NCBI GenBank assembly: GCA_002269645.1
Contig: NIVC01000254.1
Coordinates: 310,001 to 374,000, forward strand
Source: Macrostomum lignano
Lineage: Eukaryota
Length of the DNA stretch: 64,000 nucleotides
Direction of reading: 5' to 3'
Part shown: positions 47,401-60,384 of the stretch, piece after piece
How the letters are laid out: the number at the start of each line of letters is the position of its first letter
Position numbering within the stretch: position 1 is the stretch's first letter
Position numbers and translations under genes: made by a program
Notes under the pieces: model-generated
The model's database searches: none
The model's input: only the letters and a program-made list of their open reading frames with translations
Told to the model about the DNA's origin: nothing

Positions 47401-50400
47401 GCTGGGGTAATTGAGGGTGTGTGGCGACCCCCCAGCAGTCCTTGGACTGAACAGCCGTACGCAGCCTTCGGATGCGCCGCGCAATAGCTGCGGCTGAGCT
47501 GTCGGTTGCACATCTGACCATTAGGGCATGTGTAATAAATTATTATCACTATATTATTATTAATAGTATTACTATCACTCCATACTGTATTTTTAATGTA
47601 TTTGTTTTACCAAATATCTTTCTGGTTTCTAACTCGTCATAGATAATTTATTCAGAAAGCAGTTTATTACTCAGCATTGTACAACATAATGGCTACTATG
47701 TAATGTAAATTAGTGTGCAAAATCTGTGGGGGACCAAGGTCGTATTGAATTATGCATGAATCTCCTTGCCATTACTTTGCTACGGGTCCACTTCAGTAAA
47801 CTAATTCTCACTTCCAATACTTGACTTGAGAGGGAGAGCAAATTACGTAATCTCCGGTGTTGGATGGGAATCTGAAACTCAGAAGAGGAACTGACGGGAA
47901 TGAACTCATTGTGGAGAGAGTTGGGAGGGGGCTGCCATCTGCGGGCCATGGACTACTAGTTCTACAGTATTGGAATCCAAGCAACAGAGATTGGATTTCC
48001 CCGATCCAGGTTCTATTAAAGTGGTCTCCATGGCCTCAATTGATGGTACATGCTTTAGCAATGCAGCGGCCTGTTTCAGTAGTGTTGTTGGGCAGATTAC
48101 TGTAGGATTAACAAAACTATTAGCACCTCGTGGGAGTCTTGAACCTGCTACTCACTTGGCTCGTTAATTATTAATAATTAGAGTATGTGGGCGTTCAGTT
48201 TTGGCCGATAGGTATTGGTACTTTTTGGACTCGTAGAAAGCCAAACCCTTCTTTCCTTTTCTTCATAAGCCAGTAGAATATCCGACTTTATCTTGTAGCT
48301 TAGAAACTTAAATTCGTTTTTTTCCTAGGAAGGGAGAGAGGAAGGGAGAGATGAAGGGAGAGAGGAAGGGAGAGAGAGAGGAAGAGAGATGAAGGGAGAG
48401 ATGAAGGGAGAGGAAGGGAGGGAGAGAGGAAGGGAGATGAAGGGAGAGATGAAGGGAGAGAGGAAGGGAGAGAGGAAGGGAGAGAGAGGAAGGGAGAAAT
48501 GAAGGGAGAGAGGAAGGGAGAGAGAGGAAGGGAGAGAGAGGAAGGGAGATGAAGTAAGAGATGAAGGGAGAGAGAGGAAGAGAAATGAAGGGAGAGATGA
48601 AGTTAGAGAGAGGAAGAGAGATGAAGGGAGAGATGAAGGGAGATAGAGGAAGAGAGATGAAGGGAGAGAGGAAGGGCGAGAGAGGAAGAGAGAGGGAGAG
48701 AGATGAAGGGAGAGATGAAGGGAGATAGAGGAAGAGAGATGAAGGGAGAGAGGAAGGGAGAAAGAGGAAGAGAGAGGAAGGGAGAGAGGGAGAGAGGAAG
48801 GGATAAATGAAGGGAGAGAGGAAGAGAGATGAAGGGAGAGAGGAAGAGAGAGGAAAGGAGAGAGAAACGAGAGACAGAGACAAAGGATGGTAGACAATAA
48901 AAAACAGGCCAATTCTTTCAACACAAGCAAAATCATGCTAGCTATAGGACGAATATGCAAGCAGCAGGCATCAAAGCAGACGGGTTGGCAACAGGAAATC
49001 TGGAAAATCTTTTAATGCCGCTGCATCAAGTACTGCCAGAAACTCTCCAACTAAACAGCTGATCGATCTGGCAACTTCGATTTTGTGCCTCTCAGAAAAT
49101 TATTCACCCAGAGCAGCTGATTCAGCAAGCGGTAGGTGTAGACAGGGGGTATCAGGTTTGCATTCGCATTTAGAGTAGGGATAATATCCTTAATTTTTGC
49201 TTCAAGAGCCCGCTTAATCGCATGGAAAATTTCCCCTTAAGAGGACGCACTTTGGGTCTATTTTGTGTATCTGGGCAGGGCAGATTGAAGAGGAAAGTAA
49301 ATAAATGTAGGGATTTCTGCAAAGGGGGATTGGGCAGTTACTCAGGCAAGGGTCACATGTAGCAATGATAGCTAGTATTGATCGATGTAATCCCTGCTAG
49401 TCTGTGATGCATATTAGTACAGATCCTAGATCCCAGATCCTAGATCCCAGATCCTAGATCCCAGATCCTAGATCCCAGATCCTAGATCCCAGATCCTAGA
49501 TCCCAGATCCTAGATCCCAGATCCTAGATCCCAGATCCTAGATCCCAGATCCTAGATCCCAGATCCTAGATCCCAGATCCTAGATCCCAGATCCTAGATC
49601 CCAGATCCTAGATCCCAGATCCTAGATCCCAGATCCTAGATCCCAGATCCTAGATCCCAGATCCTAGATCCCAGATCCTAGATCCCAGATCCTAGATCCC
49701 AGATCCTAGATCCCAGATCCTAGATCCCAGATCCTAGATCCCAGATCCTAGATCCCAGATCCTAGATCCCAGATCCTAGATCCCAGATCCTAGATCCCAG
49801 ATCCTAGATCCCAGATCCTAGATCCCAGATCCTAGATCCCAGATCCTAGATCCCAGATCCTAGATCCCAGATCCTAGATCCCAGATCCTAGATCCCAGAT
49901 CCTAGATCCCAGATCCTAGATCCCAGATCCTAGATCCCAGATCCTAGATCCCAGATCCTAGATCCCAGATCCTAGATCCCAGATCCTAGATCCCAGATCC
50001 TAGATCCCAGATCCTAGATCCCAGATCCTAGATCCCAGATCCTAGATCCCAGATCCTAGATCCCAGATCCTAGATCCCAGATCCTAGATCCCAGATCCTA
50101 GATCCCAGATCCTAGATCCCAGATCCTAGATCCCAGATCCTAGATCCCAGATCCTAGATCCCAGATCCTAGATCCCAGATCCTAGATCCCAGATCCTAGA
50201 TCCCAGATCCTAGATCCCAGATCCTAGATCCCAGATCCTAGATCCCAGATCCTAGATCCCAGATCCTAGATCCCAGATCCTAGATCCCAGATCCTAGATC
50301 CCAGATCCTAGATCCCAGATCCTAGATCCCAGATCCTAGATCCCAGATCCTAGATCCCAGATCCTAGATCCCAGATCCTAGATCCCAGATCCTAGATCCC

Positions 50401-53400
50401 AGATCCTAGATCCCAGATCCTAGATCCCAGATCCTAGATCCCAGATCCTAGATCCCAGATCCTAGATCCCAGATCCTAGATCCCAGATCCTAGATCCCAG
50501 ATCCTAGATCCCAGATCCTAGATCCCAGATCCTAGATCCCAGATCCTAGATCCCAGATCCTAGATCCCAGATCCTAGATCCCAGATCCTAGATCCCAGAT
50601 CCTAGATCCCAGATCCTAGATCCCAGATCCTAGATCCCAGATCCTAGATCCCAGATCCTAGATCCCAGATCCTAGATCCCAGATCCTAGATCCCAGATCC
50701 TAGATCCCAGATCCTAGATCCCAGATCCTAGATCCCAGATCCTAGATCCCAGATCCTAGATCCCAGATCCTAGATCCCAGATCCTAGATCCCAGATCCTA
50801 GATCCCAGATCCTAGATCCCAGATCCTAGATCCCAGATCCTAGATCCCAGATCCTAGATCCCAGATCCTAGATCCCAGATCCTAGATCCCAGATCCTAGA
50901 TCCCAGATCCTAGATCCCAGATCCTAGATCCCAGATCCTAGATCCCAGATCCTAGATCCCAGATCCTAGATCCCAGATCCTAGATCCCAGATCCTAGATC
51001 CCAGATCCTAGATCCCAGATCCTAGATCCCAGATCCTAGATCCCAGATCCTAGATCCCAGATCCTAGATCCCAGATCCTAGATCCCAGATCCTAGATCCC
51101 AGATCCTAGATCCCAGATCCCAGATCCAGAAGATTGGAAAAGTTTATATTCCAAATTCAGGATTAGCATAAACCATCCTGCCAACCATTCGCCAAAGGCT
51201 GACACCTCAGGTGATTTACAAGCCTCGGATCACGGAGAAGTCCCTCATGCACGCCTCGGCTGCAGTGGGCAGCAGCGCCGCTCTGAGCTGTCGTGCCCAA
51301 GGTGCCGACGCGGCCGACATCGGGCTGAAATTCCAGCGCGAGAGCGATGGAGGCGTTGAAGCAGACGCCCAGACGGCAATGTCTGGCCGGGTGCTGCTAA
51401 AGGAGGAGAAGAACTTCAGCTATGCCAAGCTGAAGATGGAGATTAAAGGTGAGGGAACTGGTGTTGAAAGTAGGAGGATTCGTACCTTAATCGATATGAG
51501 ATTTGACATGTTCGATGTGGGATTCTACCTGTTAGATATGAGATTCTACCTGTTAGATATGGGATTCTACCTGTTAGATATGGGATTCTACCTGTTAGAT
51601 ATGGGATTCTACCTGTTAGATATGGGATTCTACCTGTTAGATATGGGATTCTACCTGTTAGATATGGGATTCTACCTGTTAGATATGGGATTCTACCTGT
51701 TAGATATGGGGTTCTATCTGTTAGATATGGGATTCTACCTGTTAGATATGGGATTCTACCTGTTAGATATGGGATTCTATCTGTTAGATATGGGATTCTA
51801 TCTGTTAGATATGGGATTCTATCTGTTAGATATGGGATTCTACCTGTTAGATATGGGATTCTATCTGTTAGATATGGGATTCTACCTGTTAGATACGAAA
51901 ATGAACCTGTCAGATATGGACTTCTACCTGTTAGATATGAGATTCTACCTGTTAGATATGGGATTCTACCTGTTAGATATGAGATTCTACCTGTTAGATA
52001 TGAGATTCTACCTGTTAGATATGGGATTCTACCTGTTAGATATGGGATTCTACCTGTTAGATATGAGATTCTACCTGTTAGATATGGGATTCTACCTGTT
52101 AGATATGGGATTCTACCTGTTAGATATGGGATTCTACCTGTTAGATATGGGATTCTATCTGTTAGATATGGGATTCTATCTGTTAGATATGGGATTCTAC
52201 CTGTTAGATATGAGATTCTACCTGTTAGATATGGGAATCTACCTGTTAGATATGGGATTCTATCTGTTAGATATGGGATTCTATCTGTTAGATATGGGAT
52301 TCTACCTGTTAGATATGGGATTCTATCTGTTAGATATGGGATTCTACCTGTTAGATACGAAAATGAACCTGTCAGATATGGACTTCTACCTGTTAGATAT
52401 GAGATTCTACCTGTTAGATATGGGATTCTACCTGTTAGATATGGTATTCTACTTGTTTGATATGGAATTCTGCTTGTTAGACATGGACTCCTACTCGTTA
52501 GATATGGAATTAGACTTGTTAGATATGGAATTCTACCTGTTGGATATATTAATACTTAATAAATAAACCCCAGATCCCAAATTATAAATCCTATATTCTG
52601 TTTTTGTTGTCAATAATAGCGTCACCTTGATTGAATGCGCCAGGTGTACGACATAAGTACTATTTGTTTAGGGAGATGACAACCCAATGATTTGTTTAAT
52701 CCCCACCCAGATGAGAATTGGTAATCTGACCTTCCAGGCCTCAAGTCGAATCCCGCCAGCTCAAATCCCGGGATTGAGAGATGAGAAACCGAGAATAAGC
52801 CAATGCCATTTATCACTTGACTGAGAGAATAGAATGCGCGCGCAAAACCCCTTAGAGACTAAAGGCGGGGAAGATCTAGATGGAGAAGTGCATGCTATAA
52901 TTTACATATGATTATTATATCCAGTGGCGAAAATTCCATTCATTGCTTATTCTTGTTCAAGGCAAATGAAGCCTGTGATTCCCCCATTACTCCTTGCGGC
53001 CTCGCATTGAGACTTAATTACAATTTGTATTTCGATCCATAATACCTTGCTTCAATGCTCCAAATACCAAGTCAAAAAATATCCCTATAAACTCAAATCC
53101 CAATAAACTCAAATCCTAATAAACTCATATTTCAATAAATTTAGAAAATACCAAATACCAAGTCATAAAATATCCCTATAAATTCATACCAATAAACTCG
53201 AATCTTAATAAACTCATATTTCAATAAACTTAATTCTAATAAACTCAAATCCCAATAAACTTAAAACTCAATAAACTCAGATCTTAATAAACTCAAATCT
53301 CAATAAACTCAAATCTCAATAAACTCAAATCTCAATGAACTCAAATCTAAATAAACTTATATCTCTATAAACTCAAGTCTCAATAGACTCAAATCCCTCA

Positions 53401-55132
53401 GAAACGTATACCCTTCATATTTCAATGGTCTCAAAGAACTTATATTACGAGCTAATAAAATTCAAAAAACAACTCACAATGCTCCCCTTAAAACCCACCC
53501 CCCCATAAATTTTGAGCAGACCTCCAACCGTCGGACGGCGGCAGGTACACCTGCATCGCCAGCACCCTGTCAGGTACGGCAACCTACACAGGCCTGCTGG
53601 AGGTGCTGTACCCGCCGCAGGTGCTGGAGCCGTCCCAGCCGGCACAGCGGTACACCTGGCAGCATCACGAGACGCTGCTGCGCTGCTCAGCTCGCGGCAA
53701 TCCACCGCCAGACATCACCTGGCAGCTCAACGGAGTTCCGCTGCCTCTGCTGGACACTCCGGGCGTCTCGGCGACCTCCGAGGACGTCGCCAAACCGAGC
53801 GACGCGTCCACATCGACGCTTCGAGTGTCGCCACTCGCTCCCGGCGCGCCCGTGTTCGGCCGGTACGTTTGCCTAGCAACCAATCAGTTCGGCTCGGTTG
53901 AGTCTCCCGCCGTGCTGCTGCTGGAAGCCAGACGGCCGGGCACACCGGATGTGATCATCAACAAGGAGGAGAGCACGCCAACCAGCCTGGCCTTCGCCAT
54001 TGTGCCGCCCGAGGACACCGGCGGAGTCCGCCTGGTCGGCTACGAGCTGAACTACAGGGTCAACGATGGACCCGAGATCGGGCCGGCAGCATTCAACCTG
54101 GATGACGGCCGAATCACCGTGAGCTGGGGGAGGGGCGCCAGCACCAGGGGCTTTAGCACCAAGGGGCTTTAGCACCAGGGGCTTTAGCTCCAGTGGCTTT
54201 AGCACCAGGGGCTTTAGCACCAGGGGCTTTAGCACCAGGGGCTTTAGCACCACGGGCTTTAGCTCCAGTGGCTTTAGCACCAGGGGCTTTAGCACCAGGG
54301 GCTTTAGCTCCAGTGGCTTTAGCACCAGTGGCTTTAGCACCAGGGGCTTTAGCACCACGGGCTTTAGCTCCAGTGGCTTTAGCACCAGGGGCTTTAGCAC
54401 CAGGGGCTTTAGCTCCAGTGGTTTTAGCACCAGTGGCTTTAGCACGAGGGAACATTATTAGTCCATAAATCACAGGTCTTAAAACACCAGCAAAAGAATT
54501 GCAAACCAGCTCTACTAATCAAGCTTTCCCGCCTGACTCGGTTGCAGATCCGCTACCTGCAGCCCAACACCAACTACAAGGTGTACATCGCCGCCAGGAA
54601 CCTCGCCGGAGTGGGCGGTCGCGCCAGCATCAACTACACCACCGGGGAACTCACGCCGCCAACCAGCTTCCGCCTAGTTGAAGACTTCTTCAGCGAGGAC
54701 CCTCGAGCGTTCCTGCTGCGCTGGCGGGTGCTGAACAATGGCGGCCTGCCCGTGGACCGCTATCGCATCCGCATCCGACAGGTGCTGGCCGAGGCCGGGC
54801 CGGACAATCGGCCGGTTGTCCGTCGAGTGCTGACCGGCTGGCACTCGCTGAACCCCCGGCTGCCGCCCGGACAGACCGCCTATCGAATCGAGCGCCTGTT
54901 GCCGGGCGCGCACTACGAAATCCAGGTTCGAGTTGGCAACAGTTTGGGTCTGTCTGAGCGCAGCGAGGTCCTGGTGTTCAGGACGCCGATGAAGCCCCAC
55001 GATGTAGACGTAGTCGGCTGGAGGAGCAGCCGCGGCAGCGGCGGCCTGAGGCGTCGAGGCACCTTCGGCAAGGAGTGGCTGTTCGCTGCTGCCACCGTGT
55101 GGTCTGTGCAAGCTGGCTTTGTTTGGCGTTGA
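44444..55132 (+). CDS. NCAM/fasciclin-II-like cell adhesion molecule: signal peptide, 5 Ig, 2 FN3, hydrophobic C-terminus; 4 exons, 860 aa
   Basis: Exons 44444-45591 (signal peptide, Ig1-3), 51198-51448, 53520-54118 (DLQPSDGGRYTCIAS; LRCSARGNPPP..W; YVCLATN) and 54548-55132 (LQPNTNYKVYIAARN; LLPGAHYEIQVRVGN). Phases 2/1/0 are consistent, 2583 nt in total. The exon-2 acceptor (AAG) is weak. Confidence 0.88.
45606..45790. repeat. Degenerate 17-bp repeats (GACAATGACCTTAGCCT) just after the exon-1 donor
   Basis: Repeated TGACCTTAG units. Confidence 0.8.
46193..47247 (+). repeat. 18-bp satellite TGTAGCCTAGTGGGGGTT, about 55 units
   Basis: Tandem units. Each contains TAGCCTAGTGG, the A box of the adjacent SINE family. 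Confidence 0.97.
47253..47570 (+). mobile_element. tRNA-derived CORE-SINE
   Basis: A box TAGCCTAATGG and B box GGGTTCGATTCC. The segment GTGTCCTTGATTAAGACACTTAACTCTGCATTGCTTCAGTTCACCCAGCTATAGAATGGG parallels the CORE domain. AATAAA and a TTA-rich tail follow. Confidence 0.8.
48328..48880. repeat. GA-rich low-complexity repeat (GAGAGAGGAAGG / GAGAGATGAAGG)
   Basis: Read directly. Confidence 0.95.
49421..51127. repeat. Apparently perfect 14-bp array (AGATCCT-AGATCCC)n, about 122 units
   Basis: No variant units were seen across 1.7 kb. Confidence 0.98.
51505..52545. repeat. 21-bp minisatellite GTTAGATATGGGATTCTACCT in intron 2 of the NCAM-like gene
   Basis: Tandem units starting about 55 bp after the donor at 51449. 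Confidence 0.97.
53085..53400. repeat. Degenerate AATAAACTCAAATCT repeats
   Basis: Read directly. Confidence 0.8.
54135..54445. repeat. 15-bp minisatellite TTAGCACCAGGGGCT in intron 3 of the NCAM-like gene
   Basis: Tandem units just after the donor at 54119. Confidence 0.95.
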
Positions 55133-55139
55133 AACTAAT

Positions 55140-55712
55140 GCCAATATCTAACATGTAGAAGCTGGTATCTAACAGGTAGAAGCTAGTATCTAACAGGTAG
55201 AAGCTAGTATCTAACAGGTAGAAGCTAGTATCTAACAGGTAGAAGCTAGTATCTAACAGGTAGAAGCTAGTATCTAACAGGTAGAAGCCAATGTATAACA
55301 GATAGAAGCCAAAACCCAACAGGTAGAAGCCAATATCTAACAGGCAGAAGCTAGTATCTAAAAGGTATAATCCAATATCTAACAGTTAGAAGCCAATATC
55401 TAACAGGCAGAAGCTATTATCTAACAGGTAGAAGCCAATATATTACAGGCAGAAGCTAGAACCTAACAGGCAGAAGCTAGAACCTAACAGGCAGAAGCTA
55501 GAACCTAACAGGCAGAAGCTATTATCTAACAGGTAGAAGCCAATATCTAACAGGCAGATGCTAGTATCTAACAGGTAGAATCCAATATCTAACAGGTAGA
55601 AGCCAATATCTAACAGTTAGAAGCCAATATCTAACAGGTAGAAGCCAATATCTAACAGTTAGAAGCCAATATCTAACAGGTAGAAGCCAATATCTAACAG
55701 GTAGAAGCCATA
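55140..55712. repeat. 21-bp minisatellite AGGTAGAAGC(TAG/CAA)TATCTAAC immediately after the stop codon; inverted relative of 51505-52545
   Basis: The reverse complement of the intron-2 unit is AGGTAGAATCCCATATCTAAC. Confidence 0.95.
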
Positions 55713-56722
55713 ATGTACAAGTATCAAAGGAAGTGTCACAGCTACTGCCTGCTCTCACTCAGTATTCATTTTTTTGGATTCAGATGATTAAAGTCTGTTA
55801 ACTAGTCAGTTTCGATTGTTTGCGATATCGTTTTATCTCTAGCCATATTTTAAATTCATTTAGTAAAACTCTATGTAAAAAGGATGCAGCAATGGGTTTC
55901 TCATTCTTTGTCATTTTTTTATAATTTTTCGTATGATTTTTTGTACATTATTTTGGTCAATTAAAACTTTTGAAGAGCATCTGTGTACAAAAAACTATTT
56001 TTATAAATCAAATCAAACGCGGCATGTTTTGTTTTAATGGTTGTTGTCGTTTTAGACTTTTAAATTTAAATTTCACTTGTGCAATTTAGTTTTCTATGGT
56101 GAAGTGAAATTAATGAAAAGTTGAAAATATTGACTCGCATCTTATTTTACCAGTCATAATTTGTTAAAAATTGTAATCATTGCAATTATTTAAACCACAT
56201 ATTTTTGTTGTGTTCGTTTTCTTAGAAATACGATAAATAACGTAGTTTTTTAAACTATTTTGTCAGACTATTGCCTTTCTAGTTATCTTTGCAATAAAGT
56301 TATTTCTGTATTTCATTAAATAAATAATCAGACTGTTAGCTATGCAACGAACAATTCATGTTTTTTTACTTTTATTAACATTAAATTTTATATTCGAAAT
56401 AAAGTTGGTTTTGTTATTCTGAGCTGGTGGGGTAATACATAAGCCTGTTGTCATAATTTATTACACTTATTCATGTTCTGCTGTCAAAGAAACGTCTCCA
56501 AAATGCCATCAAGTTTTTTCGCAAACTCGTAGATTTATTTTTGATCATTTATGAAGACTGTTCGCTTCTCTCCGACGAGATTGAGAATTGAAGCCGTAAT
56601 TCTTGAAGAAATTAAATTATATTTAATCCCGCTCAGCAGCGGGCCAGGCTGGGCCAAATTTGATGCCTTTGTGTGTCAGTGTTGTTGGCATTGAGAAAAT
56701 TGCAGCGGCAGTTGTTATGGAT

Positions 56723-57245
<523 letters not shown>

Positions 57246-57299
57246 CTATAATATAATTTTTATCTTTCCACTTACATCTACCTACCTCGTACTGCAGGA

Positions 57300-58034
57300 T
57301 GCCTCGGACAAAAACAGTGACTTGCATTCATGCTGAGCCCGACTGTGTGAGGCAAAAAAAGAAAATCAATGTTGATGTTGAAAAGACTTGAGCAGAGGAA
57401 TGAGCTTTGCGGGTCCAACGCAGAGTGGCTCTCAGAGAGGCAGAGACTCATCAGACATGTCATAGCTATCATCTGCTCGAACTGAATCGAAGACAGATCC
57501 CTACTATTCACGTCTCGAGCAGGCCATCTCACTGAACTCGACGTAGTACAAGCCATCTGTCAAAGCCTTGTGGGCACTGAAATTAACCCTTACAGTCCTT
57601 CCCATAGCAACATAGTCTCTATGCTGGCCACAGAAATATTCTTCAAAGAAAAGCAAGAGTCCTAATGGAGAACACGTGAAACGCAAGGTTTTCATTAGCA
57701 AGATTGATAACCTCAGCTTCGTCGAGGGCAGCTTGCACTTTTAGCTCGCATCGCAGCTGAGCGCGGATTTTTAAAAGATCTGGATGGGCATTGCTTTCGG
57801 TTTTTTATGCTCTCACAGATTAGGCTATTCAAAATTAGCAGTCTTGCACTCAATAACAGACCCAAATACGTACTGCGGTGCACAGTCAAACGCTCATGCA
57901 GCCTTGACTTTTTCATGTCAGACGGGTACCATCTCTGTGCCTTGGTGGCTGGCATTCATGGTGCGAATTGCAATGTTCTGCAATCGAACCCATTGTCAGA
58001 AATTAGATAAAAACAGAGCGACACACGGACAGAG

Positions 58035-58079
<45 letters not shown>

Positions 58080-58900
58080 CTAAGACACTAAGACAGACAG
58101 ACAGACAGACAGACAGAGAGATAGACAGACGGACAGACAGACACTAAGACAGACACTAAGACAGATACTAAGACAGACACTAAGACAGATACTAAGACAG
58201 ACACTAAGACAGATACTAAGACAGACAGACAGACAGACACAAAGACAGACAGACAGACAGACACTAAGACAGACAGACAGACAGACACTAAGACAGACAG
58301 ACAGACAGACAGACAGTGGTCCCAAACTGGTCTGTTACAACGCAGATTCAGAAAAGTGCACGTGTACCAACTTATTAATTCAATAACATACGGTGGCTCC
58401 CCCCAGCACAAAAACGAGTTGTTTATAAACCCGACTAGAAAAACTTCCGATGTACTTTTATGACCTTCAGTGGATCGGCAAAGCTTCATAAGGAAGGGGT
58501 AAAGAGGGAATTAAGGATCAGAGCGAATCCCGCCCCTCCAGCAAAATCTCAGCAATGGAAGACAAAGTTTCCCGACAGAGCCCGGGAGAGAATCGCAGCA
58601 TAAACTTTTATCCCTAAAGCTTTGCATAGACAAGGACTATCAGATACATGCGCATGGGAGCTCAGCCTGCATTCAAGTCTGCCTTTTAATTTCCAATTCA
58701 ATCTTATCCCCGGAGCCAGATGTGCTTTGCTAATCAGATCCTGGCCGACTGACAGGCTTGCTAAAATTTTATAGATCTCAGATTCTGACTTGCCAGGGCC
58801 CTTCCACTGGCTCTGCTGCAAGGCTTCAGTGGCCTTCAATTCATGTGTTGTCAGGGTTGTGACTGCAGTGGCCTCCCCTTCTCTGCGGTACATCTGCAAC
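57300..58900 (-). pseudogene. Possible heavily decayed non-LTR retrotransposon RT remnant, split by (GACA)n
   Basis: Collinear weak motifs KGPGKSESEIYKIL, KVYAAILSRAL, AFD and KQCPSRSF resemble KAPGPDG...YK, KI.AKIL..RL, KAFD and QGCPLSP. Many stops and frameshifts. Confidence 0.3.
58036..58315. repeat. (GACA)n microsatellite with ACACTAAG variants
   Basis: Read directly. Confidence 0.97.
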
Positions 58901-58914
58901 TCTCCCCCTTTCCT

Positions 58915-59770
58915 ATATCTCTCCTCTCTTTCTTCGTCACTCTCCTCTCTCTACTCATCTCTCTCCTCTCTCTACTCATCTCTATCCTCTCTCTACTCAT
59001 CTCCTTCCTCTCTCTACTCATCTCTCTCCTCTCTCTACTCATCTCTATCCTCTCTCTACTCAACTCTCTCCTCTTTCTACTCATCTCTCTCCTCTCTCTA
59101 CTCATCTCTCTCCTCTCTCTACTCATCTCTCTCCTCTCTCTACTCATCTCTATCCTCTCTCTACTCAACTCTCTCCTCTCTCTACTCATCTCTCTCCTCT
59201 CTCTACTCATCTCTCTCCTCTCTCTCCTCTCTCCTCATCTCTCCTCATCTCTCTCCTCTCTCTACTCATCTCTCTCCTCTCTCTCCTCTCTCCTCATCTC
59301 TCCTCATCTCTCTCCTCTCTCTACTCATCTCTCTCCTCTCTCTCCTCTCTCCTCATCTCTCCTCATCTCTCTTCTCTCTCTTCTCTCTCTCCTCTCTCCT
59401 CATCTCTACTCATCTCTATCCTCTCTCTACTCATCTCTCTCCTCTCTCTACTCAACTCTCTCCTCTCTCTACTCAACTCTCTCCTCTCTCTACTCATCTC
59501 TCTCCTCTCTCTACTCATCTCTCTCCTCTCTCTCCTCTCTCCTCATCTCTCCTCATCTCTCTTCTCTCTCTTCTCTCTCTCCTCTCTCCTCATCTCTACT
59601 TATCTCTATCCTCTCTCTACTCATCTCTCTCCTCTCTCTACTCAACTCTCTCCTCTCTCTACTCAACTCTCTCCTCTCTCTACTCATCTCTCTCCTCTCT
59701 CTACTCATCTCTCTCCTCTCTCTACTCATCTCTCTCCTCTCTCTTCTCTCTCTTCTCTCTCTCCTCTTCT
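58915..59770. repeat. CT-rich 21-bp repeat (CTCTCTCCTCTCTCTACTCAT)
   Basis: Read directly. Confidence 0.95.
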
Positions 59771-60329
59771 GTCTCTAACCCACTCCAGACTGATTTTCAA
59801 CTCTGATATTCACTTGCACTATATTCAGTCACGGAAAGTTCAGTCAAATGCATAGATAAACAAAAAATGCGTGAAATGCGTACCTCTACAATATGTTCTT
59901 TCTTCTATTGGGCAATTAGACGAACAGATAGACAGAATCCGAAGACCCATGGAATTCCAACTTGAATAAAAAAGGTTTTAAATGTCACTAAAACTTTTGC
60001 ATCCTATATTTCAATATCCTCGTTTTCACGCCGCAGAGTGCATGCGGTGAACATGTGTGTGTTTTACCCCTGTGTCTGCAAGGTTATTGCGCAGTACGGT
60101 AACCTTTTAGCTAGCTGAAGAAATTTATTAAAATTTCTATGGAATATCACTTTTAGGTTTTTTTCTTGCTTCAGTTTGCAAAAAACTATTAATAAAAAGC
60201 CAATGTTCGCATCGCTGCGTGCTACTGTTAGGCCTATAGTGCGCTTTTATCGTTAAAGATTTCTTTACAGCGAAATTTTTCGCTAGTATTGTATGACTCA
60301 GCAGTTCGATTCAGTGTGATGAAAAACGA

Positions 60330-60354
60330 TGGAGAAAGTCGGTAAAAGGGTTAA
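60330..60354. mobile_element. Orphan piggyBac-type terminus (…GTCGGTAAAAGGG|TTAA)
   Basis: AGGG followed by TTAA is the canonical piggyBac end. No matching left TIR was found. Confidence 0.35.
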
Positions 60355-60384
60355 GAAGTGAGTTCTAAGGGGATGAAGGGAGTA

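Noticed and set aside
47710-49300. Short ORFs flanking the GA repeat
   Set aside because: No recognisable motifs or consistent splice phases.
51449-52566. The 451-aa ORF extension (FYLLDMG)n as real protein
   Set aside because: It is read-through of the exon-2 donor into a 21-bp minisatellite. Splicing at 51448/53520 completes the Ig domain.
57583-60354. TTAACCCTT (57583) paired with AAGGGTTAA (60346-60354) as piggyBac TIRs
   Set aside because: The match stops after 9 bp.
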